From the NCBI GenBank assembly GCA_041690135.1, contig JAWLHY010000001.1:1248001-1312000 (forward strand): a stretch of 64,000 bases of DNA, written 5' to 3'. The translations under genes were made by a program, and so were the position numbers. The DNA comes from Armatimonadota bacterium (GTDB lineage Bacteria; Armatimonadota; SYMT01). The notes beneath the pieces were generated by a model. The model saw only the letters and a list, made by a program, of their open reading frames with translations. It had not been told where the DNA came from and ran no database searches. Positions 19,788 to 30,102 of the stretch are shown piece after piece (position 1 is the stretch's first letter; every line of letters starts with the position of its first letter).

Positions 19788-20633
19788 TTACGGCACCAGC
19801 ACGGTATTGTCAATGAGCCGTGTCGAACCGACGTAGATCGCTCCGGCCAGTAGGGCGGGCCGCTCCACGCGATCCACCGGCGTCAGCTCCGTCGCCTCCA
19901 CCAGTTCCAGGTAATCGAGGCGGACCCCGGATTCCGCTTCGACTTCCGCGCGCGCGGCTTGTAGCAGCGCTTCCGCCGCCCGTTCTCCGTCCGCAAAGCG
20001 GGCGCGCGCCGCCGAGAGCGCCCGGTGCAGGGCGAGCCCGCTAACCCGCTGTTCGGGCGAGAGATACCGGTTCCGGCTGCTCATGGCCAGGCCGTCGGCC
20101 TCCCGCACGATTGGGCAGGGTACGATCTCGATCGGAAAGTCCAGGTCCCGCGTCATCTGCCGGATCACCTGGAGCTGCTGGTAGTCCTTCTCTCCAAAGT
20201 AGGCACGGTCCGGCTGGACCATGTTGAACAGCTTGGCGACGACCGTGGTGACCCCGCGGAAGTGGGTGGGCCGGGAGGCGCCGCAGAGGCCCTGTGTGAG
20301 GTCTTCGACCGTTACCCAGGTGCGTGAACCGGGTGGGTAGACTTCTTCCACGGGAGGGGCGAACAGGAGATCGGCGCCGGTGGATGCCGCCATCCGGCGG
20401 TCGCCTTCGAGGTCGCGGGGGTAGCGGCTAAGGTCTTCGCTGGGACCGAACTGGGTGGGGTTGACGAAGAGGGTCACCACCACGAATCCGCATTCCGCCT
20501 TCGCCCGGCGCATCAGTTCCAGGTGCCCCTCGTGGAACGCGCCCATGGTCGGCACGACGCCAATAACGCTCCCCCCCGCTCGCGCCGCCCGAACCCGTTC
20601 GCGCAGTTCGACCACGCGATTGACTACGTCCAC
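19788..20633 (-). CDS. panC: Pantoate-beta-alanine ligase
   Basis: VPTMGAFHEGH, FVNPTQF, FGEKDYQQ, GLAMSSRN and RLIDN motifs. Confidence 0.97.
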   Translation of the reverse strand: MDVVNRVVELRERVRAARAGGSVIGVVPTMGAFHEGHLELMRRAKAECGFVVVTLFVNPTQFGPSEDLSRYPRDLEGDRRMAASTGADLLFAPPVEEVYPPGSRTWVTVEDLTQGLCGASRPTHFRGVTTVVAKLFNMVQPDRAYFGEKDYQQLQVIRQMTRDLDFPIEIVPCPIVREADGLAMSSRNRYLSPEQRVSGLALHRALSAARARFADGERAAEALLQAARAEVEAESGVRLDYLELVEATELTPVDRVERPALLAGAIYVGSTRLIDNTVLVP

Positions 20634-21466
20634 GAGGTGGGGTCCTCCAGGTCCTTCTGGTGAATGGTGTTCTCCTCGGCCGGGAACGTTCCCGCGCGCA
20701 CCTCGGCGGCGTAGCGGGAGAGCGCCTCGCGGATGGTGGACCCTACTTCCGCGTAGCGCTTCGCATGTCGGGGACGGAACTGCTCGTAGAGGCCGAGAAG
20801 ATCGTGAAAGATCTGCACCTCGCCGTCGCATCCTGGGCCCGCGCCGATCCCGATGGTGGGGATCCGCAATTCCTGGGATACGGCGGCGGAGACTTCCGCG
20901 GGGATCAATTCGAGCACGATTCCGAAGGCGCCGGCCGCTTCGAGTGCGCGGGCATCTTCCAGGAGCTTTCGGGCGTGTTCCTTTTGCCGCGCCTGGATTT
21001 TCCAGCCGCCGAAGCCGTGCACCCCCTGGGGTGTAAGGCCGAGGTGCCCCATCACGGGGATACCGGCGGCGGTGAGACGCTCCACGATGGGGAGAACGGG
21101 ACCGGCTCCCTCGACCTTGACCGCGGCCGCTCCCCCTTCCTGGATGAGGCGGCCGGCGTTTCGCATCGCCTCGTCCGCCCCCACCTGATAAGTGAGAAAC
21201 GGCATATCGGCGATAACCAACGCCCGCGGCCGCGCGCGACAGACCGCGCGGGTGTGATGCAGGATATCTTCCAGCGTCACGGGGACCGTCGTGTCATAGC
21301 CCAGCACCACCATGCCGAGCGAATCTCCCACCAGGATCGCGTCGACGCCCGCCTGGTCGACATAGGTGGCAGAAGGAAAATCGTAGGCGGTCAGGACGAC
21401 GATCTTCTCGCCGCGGGCCTTCTTCGCAATCAGGTCCGGCGCCCTCACCGGTTGCCGCTGTTCCAT
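20624..21466 (-). CDS. panB: 3-methyl-2-oxobutanoate hydroxymethyltransferase
   Basis: LTAYD, LVGDSLGM, DMPF, GHLGLTPQ and IGIGAG motifs. Confidence 0.97.
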   Translation of the reverse strand: MEQRQPVRAPDLIAKKARGEKIVVLTAYDFPSATYVDQAGVDAILVGDSLGMVVLGYDTTVPVTLEDILHHTRAVCRARPRALVIADMPFLTYQVGADEAMRNAGRLIQEGGAAAVKVEGAGPVLPIVERLTAAGIPVMGHLGLTPQGVHGFGGWKIQARQKEHARKLLEDARALEAAGAFGIVLELIPAEVSAAVSQELRIPTIGIGAGPGCDGEVQIFHDLLGLYEQFRPRHAKRYAEVGSTIREALSRYAAEVRAGTFPAEENTIHQKDLEDPTSWT

Positions 21467-21590
21467 TACTCAGTACCTTCGAACCCCATCAAGACCACTG
21501 CTGGCGCTGCCCCTCGCCCAAACCCTTAAACCGTTGCAAAGCCTAGGATGCCCGGTAGTCCCTTACAAGGTCAGAACCGCCCTCGTCCGG

Positions 21591-21688
21591 TTCCTCATCT
21601 TTATCCTTATCCTAATCCGCCGCAGGCCTGGTCCTCATCCTCATCTTAATCGGCCGCAGGCATTCCTAATCCGGCCGCAGGCCTATCC
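21591..21688. repeat. Three (G)GCCGCAGGC units interleaved with (TCCTNA)n hexamers
   Basis: taatccgccgcaggc, taatcggccgcaggc and taatccggccgcaggc plus cctcat/ccttat tracts. Confidence 0.65.
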
Positions 21689-22912
21689 TGCCCATCCCGG
21701 TCGGAACCAGTCGCCGACCAGCCAGCCCACGAGGGTGGTGATGAAGATCACGTTGCCACCCAGCACCAGGGTCTGCCCCTGCGCTCCCTCCGGGGCTGCG
21801 AGGAAGAAGCCCAGGGTGAGCATCACGACCGCCGCGAGCACCCCACTGATGGAGGGAGAACGTCCGCCCTTGAAATGGGTGATCGCCAGGTATCCCAGCA
21901 GGGCCAGTGGGAAGAAGAACATCCCCAGGAAACCCAGCACCAGCCCGATTGGGAGGCTGAAGCGATCCGCTCCGACCGTGGCCTCCACCAGTTGCCGCTG
22001 GAACGTGTCCAGCAGCGTGGATGAGGCCAGCACGGCGCCGGAGAGGAAGCCCACGATCACCATGGAAGCGAAGTGCGCGACCGTCCACTGATCGACGAAG
22101 GGAAGGTCGAGCCTCTGGGATTGGAGACTGGGACCCCAGAACATCAGGAAGAGGATCACGGCGCACCCAAAGCAGGCGAGCCCCAGTTGGTAGCTAGCCC
22201 GCCCAGTGCCGGATACGCCACCCCCCCGCAGTCCCGCGCCGGCTCGCCCCGTCCCGCCCACTTGCGCGGCCGCTTCTTCGAACTTGCGGCGGAGGCGGGG
22301 TTCGTTGGGCAGGAGTTGCAGGGCCAGAGTGTAGTTGTCCAGGGCCGCGTTCCAGCGCCCCTGGCGGGAGGCGATGTCGCCCAGCATCTGGTACGCCTCT
22401 CCTACGCGGGAAATCTCCAGCACCTCCTGACACAGGCGCTTCGCCTCCGCCAGGTGTCCCCTCTGGAAGGCGACACGGGCATCGTCCATCAGGCGGGTAA
22501 CCTTCTGCCGCTTCTTCTCCTTTTCCTCACGCGCGCGGTCCGCCGTGGGGCGCGCGGCGCCTGGGGCCGTAAAGCCGCTGCCGGAGGTGTCGGCCCGACC
22601 CGCCGAACCATTGGCTGAAGGGCGCTGGGTGAACGGCGCCGAACCGAACGACCCCGCGCGGAATTCCGTCTCTTTTCGCGCCTGCAGGCGGCGATCCAGG
22701 TCGTAGGTGGCGCGCCGGTTCGCGTCGCTGAGGACCTCGTACGCCTGGCTGATCCGCACGAAGACTTCATGCATTTCGGGGCGGTCCCGGTGCAGGTCGG
22801 GATGGTACTCCCTCGCCAGTTGCCGGAAGCGTTTCTTGATCTGCTCTGGAGTGGCATCATCCGGCAGGCCCATCACCTCATAGTGGGACTTGCCGTTATT
22901 CACCCCCGCCAC
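21683..22912 (-). CDS. J-domain (DnaJ class C) + TPR + multi-TM membrane protein
   Basis: HYEVMG...YHPD...ISQAYEVLSD; TPR helices; several C-terminal TM helices. Confidence 0.88.
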   Translation of the reverse strand: MAGVNNGKSHYEVMGLPDDATPEQIKKRFRQLAREYHPDLHRDRPEMHEVFVRISQAYEVLSDANRRATYDLDRRLQARKETEFRAGSFGSAPFTQRPSANGSAGRADTSGSGFTAPGAARPTADRAREEKEKKRQKVTRLMDDARVAFQRGHLAEAKRLCQEVLEISRVGEAYQMLGDIASRQGRWNAALDNYTLALQLLPNEPRLRRKFEEAAAQVGGTGRAGAGLRGGGVSGTGRASYQLGLACFGCAVILFLMFWGPSLQSQRLDLPFVDQWTVAHFASMVIVGFLSGAVLASSTLLDTFQRQLVEATVGADRFSLPIGLVLGFLGMFFFPLALLGYLAITHFKGGRSPSISGVLAAVVMLTLGFFLAAPEGAQGQTLVLGGNVIFITTLVGWLVGDWFRPGWAG

Positions 22913-24131
22913 CCCCTACGTTGTTCATAATTCCGCCCAGGTAGCCGCCGTAGAAGGTGATGACCTTATAGGCGACCAGGATGGCGACGATCACCAGCAC
23001 GACGACCCCCAGCACGACGACGAGTTGCGTGGTGGAGTGCCGCGACTCTTGCTCGTAAAAGTCGGCCGCCTTATCCAGCATCGTATCCAGGTTGCCGCTG
23101 GTCTCCCCGGTGTGGACCATCCCGGTAAACATCGGCGGGAAAAACCCAGATCCCGCCATCACCTGAGCCACGGGCACGCCGCGCTCGATGGCCGGCACCA
23201 TTCGGCCGGAGTGTTGTTCCAGGGCGTAATTCCCGCACGATTCCCCCGCTAAGCCGACTGCGGAAGCGATCGGGACGCCGGCCCCATACAGGGAGGCCAA
23301 CGTGCGCGCGAACCGCCCGGCCGCCAGCTTGCGCACGAGAGGGCCGACTACCGGCAGGCTTAGCTTGAGCTGGTCGTAGAACTCACGCCCGCTGGTGGAC
23401 GTGAAGAAGACGCGACTCGCCAGCCAGAGCGGAATGCAGATCATGCCGATCGTCAACAAAAGGCTTCCCAGGGATGAGAGATAGCCCATGAGCGTTAGGG
23501 GAATGTTGATCGGCAACACCAGTACGAGTAGCCCCAACACCAGCTTGGGATAAAGCGTCTTCCGGCGGATGTCCTGGCGGACCTCCCATTCCCGTTCCAG
23601 GTATTCGGCCAGGCGACGGAAGATCTCAACGAGCATTCCGCCCGATTCCCCCGCCTCCACCATCCGCACCTGCATCTTATCGAACAGCCAGGGGTACCGG
23701 GTCATCGCCTCGGAAAAGCGTCCGCCCTGCAGGATGTGCTGCCCGATGGCCTGGACGACCCGCCGAAGCTGGGAGTTGGTCGTTTGGGAAGGGTTGGAAA
23801 GCATCTCCATCGCCTGGAAGATGCCGACGCCCGAATTCAACAGGGTGTAGAGCTGTCGGTAGAACAGGGAGAGGTCTTTAGCGGGGACCGGGGCGATGAC
23901 CCGCTTGGTTACGCTGGTTTCGCGGGTGGACCCGTAGGCGGCCGTCACCGCACCGGTAATGCCGGCGGTGGAAGGTACCTCTTTACGACTGGATCCGCGT
24001 TCCTTGAGGTCGGTCACCCACAACCCCTGATCCCGAAGTGTGGAAACTGCCCGGGAGTTGGACTCCGCCTCCACCGTGCCGGTAGTCTGGTTCCCGGTCT
24101 GGTCCCGGGCGGTGTAGACGAAGACAGGCAT
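22896..24131 (-). CDS. Type II secretion F family / PilC-like platform protein
   Basis: MPVFVYTARD, RQLYTLLNSG, AGESGG, YP, GETSGNLDTMLDKAADFYE. Confidence 0.92.
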   Translation of the reverse strand: MPVFVYTARDQTGNQTTGTVEAESNSRAVSTLRDQGLWVTDLKERGSSRKEVPSTAGITGAVTAAYGSTRETSVTKRVIAPVPAKDLSLFYRQLYTLLNSGVGIFQAMEMLSNPSQTTNSQLRRVVQAIGQHILQGGRFSEAMTRYPWLFDKMQVRMVEAGESGGMLVEIFRRLAEYLEREWEVRQDIRRKTLYPKLVLGLLVLVLPINIPLTLMGYLSSLGSLLLTIGMICIPLWLASRVFFTSTSGREFYDQLKLSLPVVGPLVRKLAAGRFARTLASLYGAGVPIASAVGLAGESCGNYALEQHSGRMVPAIERGVPVAQVMAGSGFFPPMFTGMVHTGETSGNLDTMLDKAADFYEQESRHSTTQLVVVLGVVVLVIVAILVAYKVITFYGGYLGGIMNNVGGGGGE

Positions 24132-24143
24132 TGTTCAGGCTCT

Positions 24144-25412
24144 TCACTCGAAACTGATCTGCAGGATAGCCGAACCGTAGCACCAGTACAGGAAGCACAC
24201 GACGATCGGGGTCAGCATCAGCGCCCAGGCGACGAAAGAGATGGAAGCGCGCGTCACGCCCGCGGTTATCGCGCTACGCACCTCTTCTTCATACCGGTCT
24301 GCCAGATACCGAAGTGCCTCCGGGATCTCGCCTGTGCTCTCCCCCGTTGCAACCATGCCCACATCGGCCAGGTCCAACAGACCGGTTTGCTGCATCCCCA
24401 CGCTCATTCTAGCACTGCTCTCCACCGCTGGTTTACTCTGCAGGAAACGCTCGGCCAGGTAGAGGTTCGGAACGGCGCGGGAGGCGGCTTCCCAGGCGTT
24501 GGCCGGGAGCTGCCCCGCGTGATAAAGCCACTGCAGCGTCCGCGTGAACACAGCCGTCGACCGGAGCCGATTGATCTTACCCAGGATCGGAAGCCGCAGC
24601 AGGAATTGATGCCACGCGTAAGCCCGGTCCGGGCTGCGGCGGAGACGGGAGAGCCCGAAGAGGATGCCCCCGTACACCAGGGAACATGGGAGCGTGAAAA
24701 AGAGCAGCGCTTGCCCGATGGCCGGAAGGCTGGAGCCCAGGAAGTCCGCCCCCGTGGTGGCGTTTCCGGTGAGGGCCAGGATCATCGACCGCAAGCCCCA
24801 GATCAGTGCGATGATCAGGAAGAAGGCAAAGAGGCTGACGTGGAAGAACCCGGCAAAGACCCCTAGGCGGCGGCGAGCGTTATCTTCTTGTTCGTAGCGC
24901 TGGGCGAGCGCCTCAAAGGCCTCGGGCAGGCAGCCGGCTACTTCTCCGGCACGTACAATCCCGACGTCGCCGGCCCGGAAAATAAGCGGGTAGCGTTCCA
25001 TCTGGGCGGAGAGCGACGAGCCGTCCCGGATGGCCAGCGCCATCTCGTAGAGCATCTGCCGTAGCTGCGCGTCCGCTACCTGGCCCGACACCGTGTGGAG
25101 CACCTGGAACGCCGGCATCCCCGCCCGGAATGAGATGAACAACTGATGATACATCCGCGCGATGCCGCGCTCCGAGGCGGAAAGGGGTGACACGCCGCCA
25201 GGGGCAGTCGCAGCACCGGGCTTCGGGGGGGCCGTCGAGACTCGGGCAGTGCTCCCCGTGGCCGGGGCTCCATTGGGCGCCATTTGCACCAGGGTCGGTC
25301 GATAGCCCATTGCCAGCAGACGGCTGTTCAGGGCGGCCTCGTCGCTGACCTGCATCGCCCCGACGACCCGATTCCCGGTGCGGTCCAGCGCCTCATAACG
25401 GTAGAGCGGCAT
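24144..25412 (-). CDS. Divergent second T2SS F family / PilC-like protein
   Basis: MPLYRYEALD, AGEVAG, TGESTGEIPEALRYLADRYE. Confidence 0.85.
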   Translation of the reverse strand: MPLYRYEALDRTGNRVVGAMQVSDEAALNSRLLAMGYRPTLVQMAPNGAPATGSTARVSTAPPKPGAATAPGGVSPLSASERGIARMYHQLFISFRAGMPAFQVLHTVSGQVADAQLRQMLYEMALAIRDGSSLSAQMERYPLIFRAGDVGIVRAGEVAGCLPEAFEALAQRYEQEDNARRRLGVFAGFFHVSLFAFFLIIALIWGLRSMILALTGNATTGADFLGSSLPAIGQALLFFTLPCSLVYGGILFGLSRLRRSPDRAYAWHQFLLRLPILGKINRLRSTAVFTRTLQWLYHAGQLPANAWEAASRAVPNLYLAERFLQSKPAVESSARMSVGMQQTGLLDLADVGMVATGESTGEIPEALRYLADRYEEEVRSAITAGVTRASISFVAWALMLTPIVVCFLYWCYGSAILQISFE

Positions 25413-25866
25413 GGCGCAGTTCCTCCACGACCTCGGGAGCGATTTCCTGGAGCGGCTCCCAGACGAATGGGCGGTTGAGAATCTCCGGATGCGGTACCTG
25501 GAGCTGGGGCGTATCGACCCGACGCCGACCGTAGAGCAACAGGTCGATGTCGATCAGGCGCGGCCCCCAGCGGAAGGTAGGGGTCCGTCCCAACTCGCGC
25601 TCTATCTGCTTCACGGAGTCCAGCAACTCTTCCGGCGCCAGCACCGACCGGACCTCCGTTACCGCGTTGAGGAATGCCGGTTGGTCTTCCACCCCCCACG
25701 GCTCCGTTTCCCAAAAGCCGGAGGACCGGACAACCCGGGTTCCCGGTAGATGCTCGATGTGCTCCAGTGCAGCCCGGAGGTTCGCCTCCCGGTCACCCAG
25801 GTTGCTCCCCAGCCCCAGGAAAATGCGCTCCGCACTATCTCTCTCCTGCACCTGCGCTGCTGACAT
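25393..25866 (-). CDS. folK: 6-hydroxymethyl-7,8-dihydropterin pyrophosphokinase
   Basis: LGLGSNLGD, QPAFLN, RWGPRLIDIDLL and PHP motifs. Confidence 0.96.
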   Translation of the reverse strand: MSAAQVQERDSAERIFLGLGSNLGDREANLRAALEHIEHLPGTRVVRSSGFWETEPWGVEDQPAFLNAVTEVRSVLAPEELLDSVKQIERELGRTPTFRWGPRLIDIDLLLYGRRRVDTPQLQVPHPEILNRPFVWEPLQEIAPEVVEELRHAALPL

Positions 25867-26163
25867 CGGAAAGCCTTTCAGGATCGGCCGGCAATCTATA
25901 CTACCAACCCCCGGCACTCCCCACAATCGCTCTCCCGGAAAAGCGACTCTCCTGGTCTAAACGCTCCCACGCGCTCAGAAGATACGCGAACCGTAGAACG
26001 GTCATCGAACGCAGTCAGCTGCGCACTCGGGACCATCTGTCTACTCTGTGATGAGGCGAGAATGTGGTTTGAAGCAGATTTCGCAATCGCGACTTTGACG
26101 CCCGAAGCCTGTTGCGGAAGTAGGCATTTGGATCGATTGCCGCTACCCTGTCGTCGCCCGCCT

Positions 26164-28197
26164 TCAGCGCTTCTCCGTCTCGCATCCGCCACAGGACTGG
26201 GGCGCGGGGTGCTCCCGGGCCAGGAGGTCCAGGCTGAAGGCGGGGGGCCCGGTCAGGCGCACCCGCGCCGGGCCGGCCAACTCCTTCAGTTGTGGAATGT
26301 CGAACGCTTCGTAGAGACCGAAACAGAACACCTCCGGGGCCTGTACAAACGGCACGCCCCGGTCGAGGACCTCGCGGAAACTGCCGAGGGCCCCTTCCAA
26401 CTCCAGGCGCGCGATGGCTTCCCGCTCCAGGCCGCCCGCCACGAGGGCGGTGGTGGTGGTGCGCGGACCGGATGCGGCCAGGGTCACGCGTTGGCCACCG
26501 AACTCATTGCGTGCCCAGCGCGCGGTCGCCGTCACCTGCGCGGCCTGCAGTCCGAGCGGGCGCTCGCCCACGGTGCCGACCATCAATCCCCAGAGGTAGG
26601 AGCGGCGCGGGTCACCGGGAACCGCCTCACCCAGGTGGAGCGGGTCCAACGCCAGGACCCGGTTGCCCGCCGCCAATTGCCGACTTACCAGTTTCTCCGC
26701 CGATTTCCTCCCACCGTCTGCAAACACCATCGCGGTGCCCTTCGGCTGTCCCTGCGACAACTCCACGGCGGGAACGGTCCAGTCCTCCCCCATCCGGAGC
26801 TTCCAGTACACGGCGCGGATACCGTTCTTCGCCTCCTCCCCCACCTTCGTTGCCGTCACGGGGTAATCCCGGTAACGCACGATTCTCTCCAGCTTCGCCT
26901 GCGCCTTCGGGCGCTCCAGGTAGAGGGCGGGATAGCGGGGGAACTTCGCGCTGATCTCCAGGGACAGGGTGCGAAAGTCTTTGTTCCCCTCCGGAAGCGG
27001 AACGTTCAGTTGCTCGGGCGTCTTGATCTCCGGGTCGCTCGGAATCTCTTCCGCGCGATAGTCGCTCCGGCCGGTGTAGAAATGGTCACCCAACATCCGG
27101 TAGAGGGCCTGGCGGTTGTCCTGCAGGTAGTTGTGATCCCCGGGATTTTCGTTGACGTGGGAGCGGAGGTGCCCTTCCTTCCCATAGAGCTTGAAGATCG
27201 GGCCGGCGGCCTGCAGTAACGGCGGCAGCGCGTGCCCGGAAGCGAAGCAGCAGTTGTCCTTCAAGTTGTAGGTCAACAGGGTCGGCCGCGGCGCCATCAT
27301 CGCGGTCAGGTGGGCGTAGTCGGCCGTCTTGCCCAGGTCGCACGGCGTTTGCTCCGAGTCTCCCAGATCGGAGGCATGGCGCGTGCGGGTGAAGTAGCTG
27401 GAGTAGCCCGCTACCGGATCGGTCAGGGTAACACGCGGGTCCAGAGAGCTGATGAAGATGGTCTGCCATCCGCCTCCGGAGAGGCCGGTCACCGCCACCC
27501 GCTTCGGATCGGCGTGCTCCAGGGAGAGCAGCAGGTCCAGCCCGCGCTGCATTGCCAGGTAATGGGTGGCGATCCCGCCGGTCCCGCACAGGTCGAGACC
27601 GTTGATCAGCCCGTGGTTGTAGCCTTCCGTGCGAAGTTGGCCCATTCCGAACCACTCCACGTTCAGCGCGAGCATGCCGCGCTTCGCCTGGTTGATACAG
27701 CGGATCTGCTTGTAGCCGGCCGCCTTGCCCTGGCCGTCGTGGCCGTTCACGTTCAGGACCACCGGCACCTTACCCGAGAGGTTCTCGGGTTCGTAGAGCA
27801 GCGCCGGGATCCATACGCCCGGAAGCGCCTCATAGCGGACCTTGCGGATGCGGTAGCCCGGTCCCCCCTCCATCGTGTCGAGCCACTCCACGCGCGATCG
27901 CGCCTTTCGCCACCGTCGCGCCTCACCCCGGAAGATGACCTCGTTCAGCACTGCCTGGCGGATGCGCTCTCGCTCTTGCTCCCACTCCTTGCGGGTAGTC
28001 ACGGCGGGCATCTTTGCCAGCCGTGCCTCTACAAAGGTCCGGTTCTCCTGGAGGGCCTGATCCGTACCGAGGACCGGCCGGGCGAGGGCCGCCTGGAGAA
28101 AGCCCGGCTCCTGGGTATGAACGGGACGGGGAGAGATCGCGACCAGGCCGGCCAGTCCGGCGAAGAATAACCAGGGGGTGGGCTTCATCGGGGGCAT
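26164..28197 (-). CDS. Secreted two-domain acetylxylan-esterase-like alpha/beta hydrolase
   Basis: Signal peptide; VLNVNGH and VTGLSGGG motifs; degenerate second hydrolase domain. Confidence 0.82.
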   Translation of the reverse strand: MPPMKPTPWLFFAGLAGLVAISPRPVHTQEPGFLQAALARPVLGTDQALQENRTFVEARLAKMPAVTTRKEWEQERERIRQAVLNEVIFRGEARRWRKARSRVEWLDTMEGGPGYRIRKVRYEALPGVWIPALLYEPENLSGKVPVVLNVNGHDGQGKAAGYKQIRCINQAKRGMLALNVEWFGMGQLRTEGYNHGLINGLDLCGTGGIATHYLAMQRGLDLLLSLEHADPKRVAVTGLSGGGWQTIFISSLDPRVTLTDPVAGYSSYFTRTRHASDLGDSEQTPCDLGKTADYAHLTAMMAPRPTLLTYNLKDNCCFASGHALPPLLQAAGPIFKLYGKEGHLRSHVNENPGDHNYLQDNRQALYRMLGDHFYTGRSDYRAEEIPSDPEIKTPEQLNVPLPEGNKDFRTLSLEISAKFPRYPALYLERPKAQAKLERIVRYRDYPVTATKVGEEAKNGIRAVYWKLRMGEDWTVPAVELSQGQPKGTAMVFADGGRKSAEKLVSRQLAAGNRVLALDPLHLGEAVPGDPRRSYLWGLMVGTVGERPLGLQAAQVTATARWARNEFGGQRVTLAASGPRTTTTALVAGGLEREAIARLELEGALGSFREVLDRGVPFVQAPEVFCFGLYEAFDIPQLKELAGPARVRLTGPPAFSLDLLAREHPAPQSCGGCETEKR

Positions 28198-28396
28198 TCA
28201 CTTTCTACCGCAGCGGGACGCACTCCCTTGGGAGTTACACGGGCGTCGCACTCTCCCCTCTATCGACGCGAAGTTAGAAATGCTACAGTCGTTTCAGAAA
28301 CTCGACGGACAGGAAACAGGGAATAACGCGCCAGCCCGCGCTTCGCGGGCTGCATGCTAACGAACCCAGGCCTCCGGGTCTGGCAAGGAGGGAGAA

Positions 28397-28930
28397 ATGC
28401 CGGAAATCGATATTCAACGCCAGCCGCAGCGGTCCGTGCCGATCTGGCTGTGGATCGCCGGGGCGATCCTGGCGGCGCTTCTGATTTGGGGCCTCATCGA
28501 GGCGTTTGACAACGATCAGGCGACTGCACCACAGCAGCCCACCGAGCGGGTGGCCGGTGAGCGCGGCGAGATCGGGGCGCCGGAAGCCCTGCCTCTGGCC
28601 ACCATCGTGGGCACACCGAACGACTACTTCGGTAAGGATGTACGCGGAACCGCGACAGTTGCTGAAGTCACTTCCGATCGAGGGTTCTGGGTGGAGAACC
28701 AGGGCCAGCGGGCCTTCGTCGTCCTGGGTGAAGGGATGACGGAAAGGGATGTGAATATCACTCAAGGACAGCAGGTGCTGATCGAAGGCACCTACATGGA
28801 GAGCGCCAACATGGGCCAGGTGCCACAACTGGAGCAGGACGCGCAGAACGTCATCCAGGGAGAAACCGGGTTCATTCGGGCCAACAGTGTCGACATTCTG
28901 GAACAAAGGGGCCAGCAGCAGGCACAGTAG
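28397..28930 (+). CDS. Hypothetical single-TM protein, possibly OB-fold-like
   Basis: AGGAGG RBS; N-terminal TM helix; VAEVTSDRGFWVE motif; followed by a terminator. Confidence 0.75.
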   Translation: MPEIDIQRQPQRSVPIWLWIAGAILAALLIWGLIEAFDNDQATAPQQPTERVAGERGEIGAPEALPLATIVGTPNDYFGKDVRGTATVAEVTSDRGFWVENQGQRAFVVLGEGMTERDVNITQGQQVLIEGTYMESANMGQVPQLEQDAQNVIQGETGFIRANSVDILEQRGQQQAQ

Positions 28931-28966
28931 CCCGGAGCGTATCGGAAACGGCCTAGCAACGCCGTG

Positions 28967-29004
28967 CAAGAAGAAGGGCGGCCGGACGGCCGCCCTTCTT
29001 CTTG
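28967..29004. terminator. Bidirectional terminator
   Basis: caagaagaagggcggcc/ggccgcccttcttcttg perfect inverted repeat between convergent genes. Confidence 0.85.
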
Positions 29005-29026
29005 TTCACCGCGATCCGGTTCCACG

Positions 29027-29224
29027 TTAGTCACCGAATTCGCCGAACTCCCGCTCTCCGTAGAACGGCCGGTATCCAGGTGCCCGGTAATAGGGACGCC
29101 GTTCGTATTCCTGCTCCATCCCGTACTCCGGGGCTTCTCTCGGCTCCATGTAGGCCGCTCGTTCGCAACCCATACTGAGACCGATGGTCAGCACCGCCAT
29201 GCTGAGTAATGCAACGTGTCGCAT
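29027..29224 (-). CDS. Small putative lipoprotein
   Basis: Lipobox LSMGC; GGAGG RBS. Confidence 0.6.
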   Translation of the reverse strand: MRHVALLSMAVLTIGLSMGCERAAYMEPREAPEYGMEQEYERRPYYRAPGYRPFYGEREFGEFGD

Positions 29225-29478
29225 ACTTTCTTTCCTCCCTGTTGCGGGTGCAATGGTTTCCGCTGCGCACCCTTTGCTGTTTGGCCGCCTTTACCCGGGC
29301 GGTGGTGCCGCCAAACGAACCACCCAGGCGGCGCACCTGGAGACACGGCGGAGCGGCTTGGTTGTGCGACCGCAACTCGCCTGGCCGTTTCGTTTGAGGC
29401 CCCTATGACGTCGGGTAAGCCCGGGAAAGTGCCCCCGACCGAATCGAGCCGGCGGCTGGAAGCAAGGAGGATTTGGAA

Positions 29479-29859
29479 ATGAGTTGGAAGCGATGGATGA
29501 CCGGTACTGCGAGCACGATGATGGCCGCGTTCCTGTTGGTGGGCTGCGCCGAGCGCGCGGAGCTCGAGTCCGAGCCGACGCCGTTGGAGCCGGGGCGTGA
29601 AGTCGAGGTGGAACAGCCGGTCGGTGAGAACGTCGAGGACGTAGCCATCACCTCCAAGGTCAAGAGCGCGCTGATCGCCAGCCCGCAGGTGGGGGCGCTC
29701 TCCATTGGGGTGGACACCAGCCGGAACATCGTCACGTTGACGGGTACGGTGGAGACACAGGCGCAGAAGCGCGAGGCAGAGCAGATCGCTAAGGACATCG
29801 AGGGCGTCCAGGCGGTGGTGAACCAGATCGTGGTGCGCCCCGGCGCCGCTACCGAGTAG
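29479..29859 (+). CDS. BON domain lipoprotein (OsmY-like)
   Basis: LVGC lipobox; DVAITSKVKSAL...VTLTGTV...GVQAVVNQI. Confidence 0.92.
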   Translation: MSWKRWMTGTASTMMAAFLLVGCAERAELESEPTPLEPGREVEVEQPVGENVEDVAITSKVKSALIASPQVGALSIGVDTSRNIVTLTGTVETQAQKREAEQIAKDIEGVQAVVNQIVVRPGAATE

Positions 29860-29900
29860 CCCCTACGCGGGTCGCTCCGCGCATTGGATGACGAACAGGT

Positions 29901-29934
29901 AGAAAGAGGGTTCCGAAGGGGAACCCTCTTTTCT
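29901..29934. terminator. Bidirectional terminator
   Basis: aagagggttcc/ggaaccctctt stem flanked by A- and T-rich tracts. Confidence 0.8.
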
Positions 29935-30102
29935 GTCACTATAAGGGGTGCCGTGCAAGTGTGGGCAAGTCTCCCGCAAGCATCGCCGCAGCCGCCGCGG
30001 GTGTGTTCCTGGCTCAACGCGCTCTGGGAGACGTTCCCTACAGGTACCGCTTTCGCAGGCTCGCTGGACGGGGCCCGGCCTACACCTTCAGATTTGCTCT
30101 CC

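Noticed and set aside
25896-26160. Gene between folK and the hydrolase
   Set aside because: No frame gives a convincing protein.
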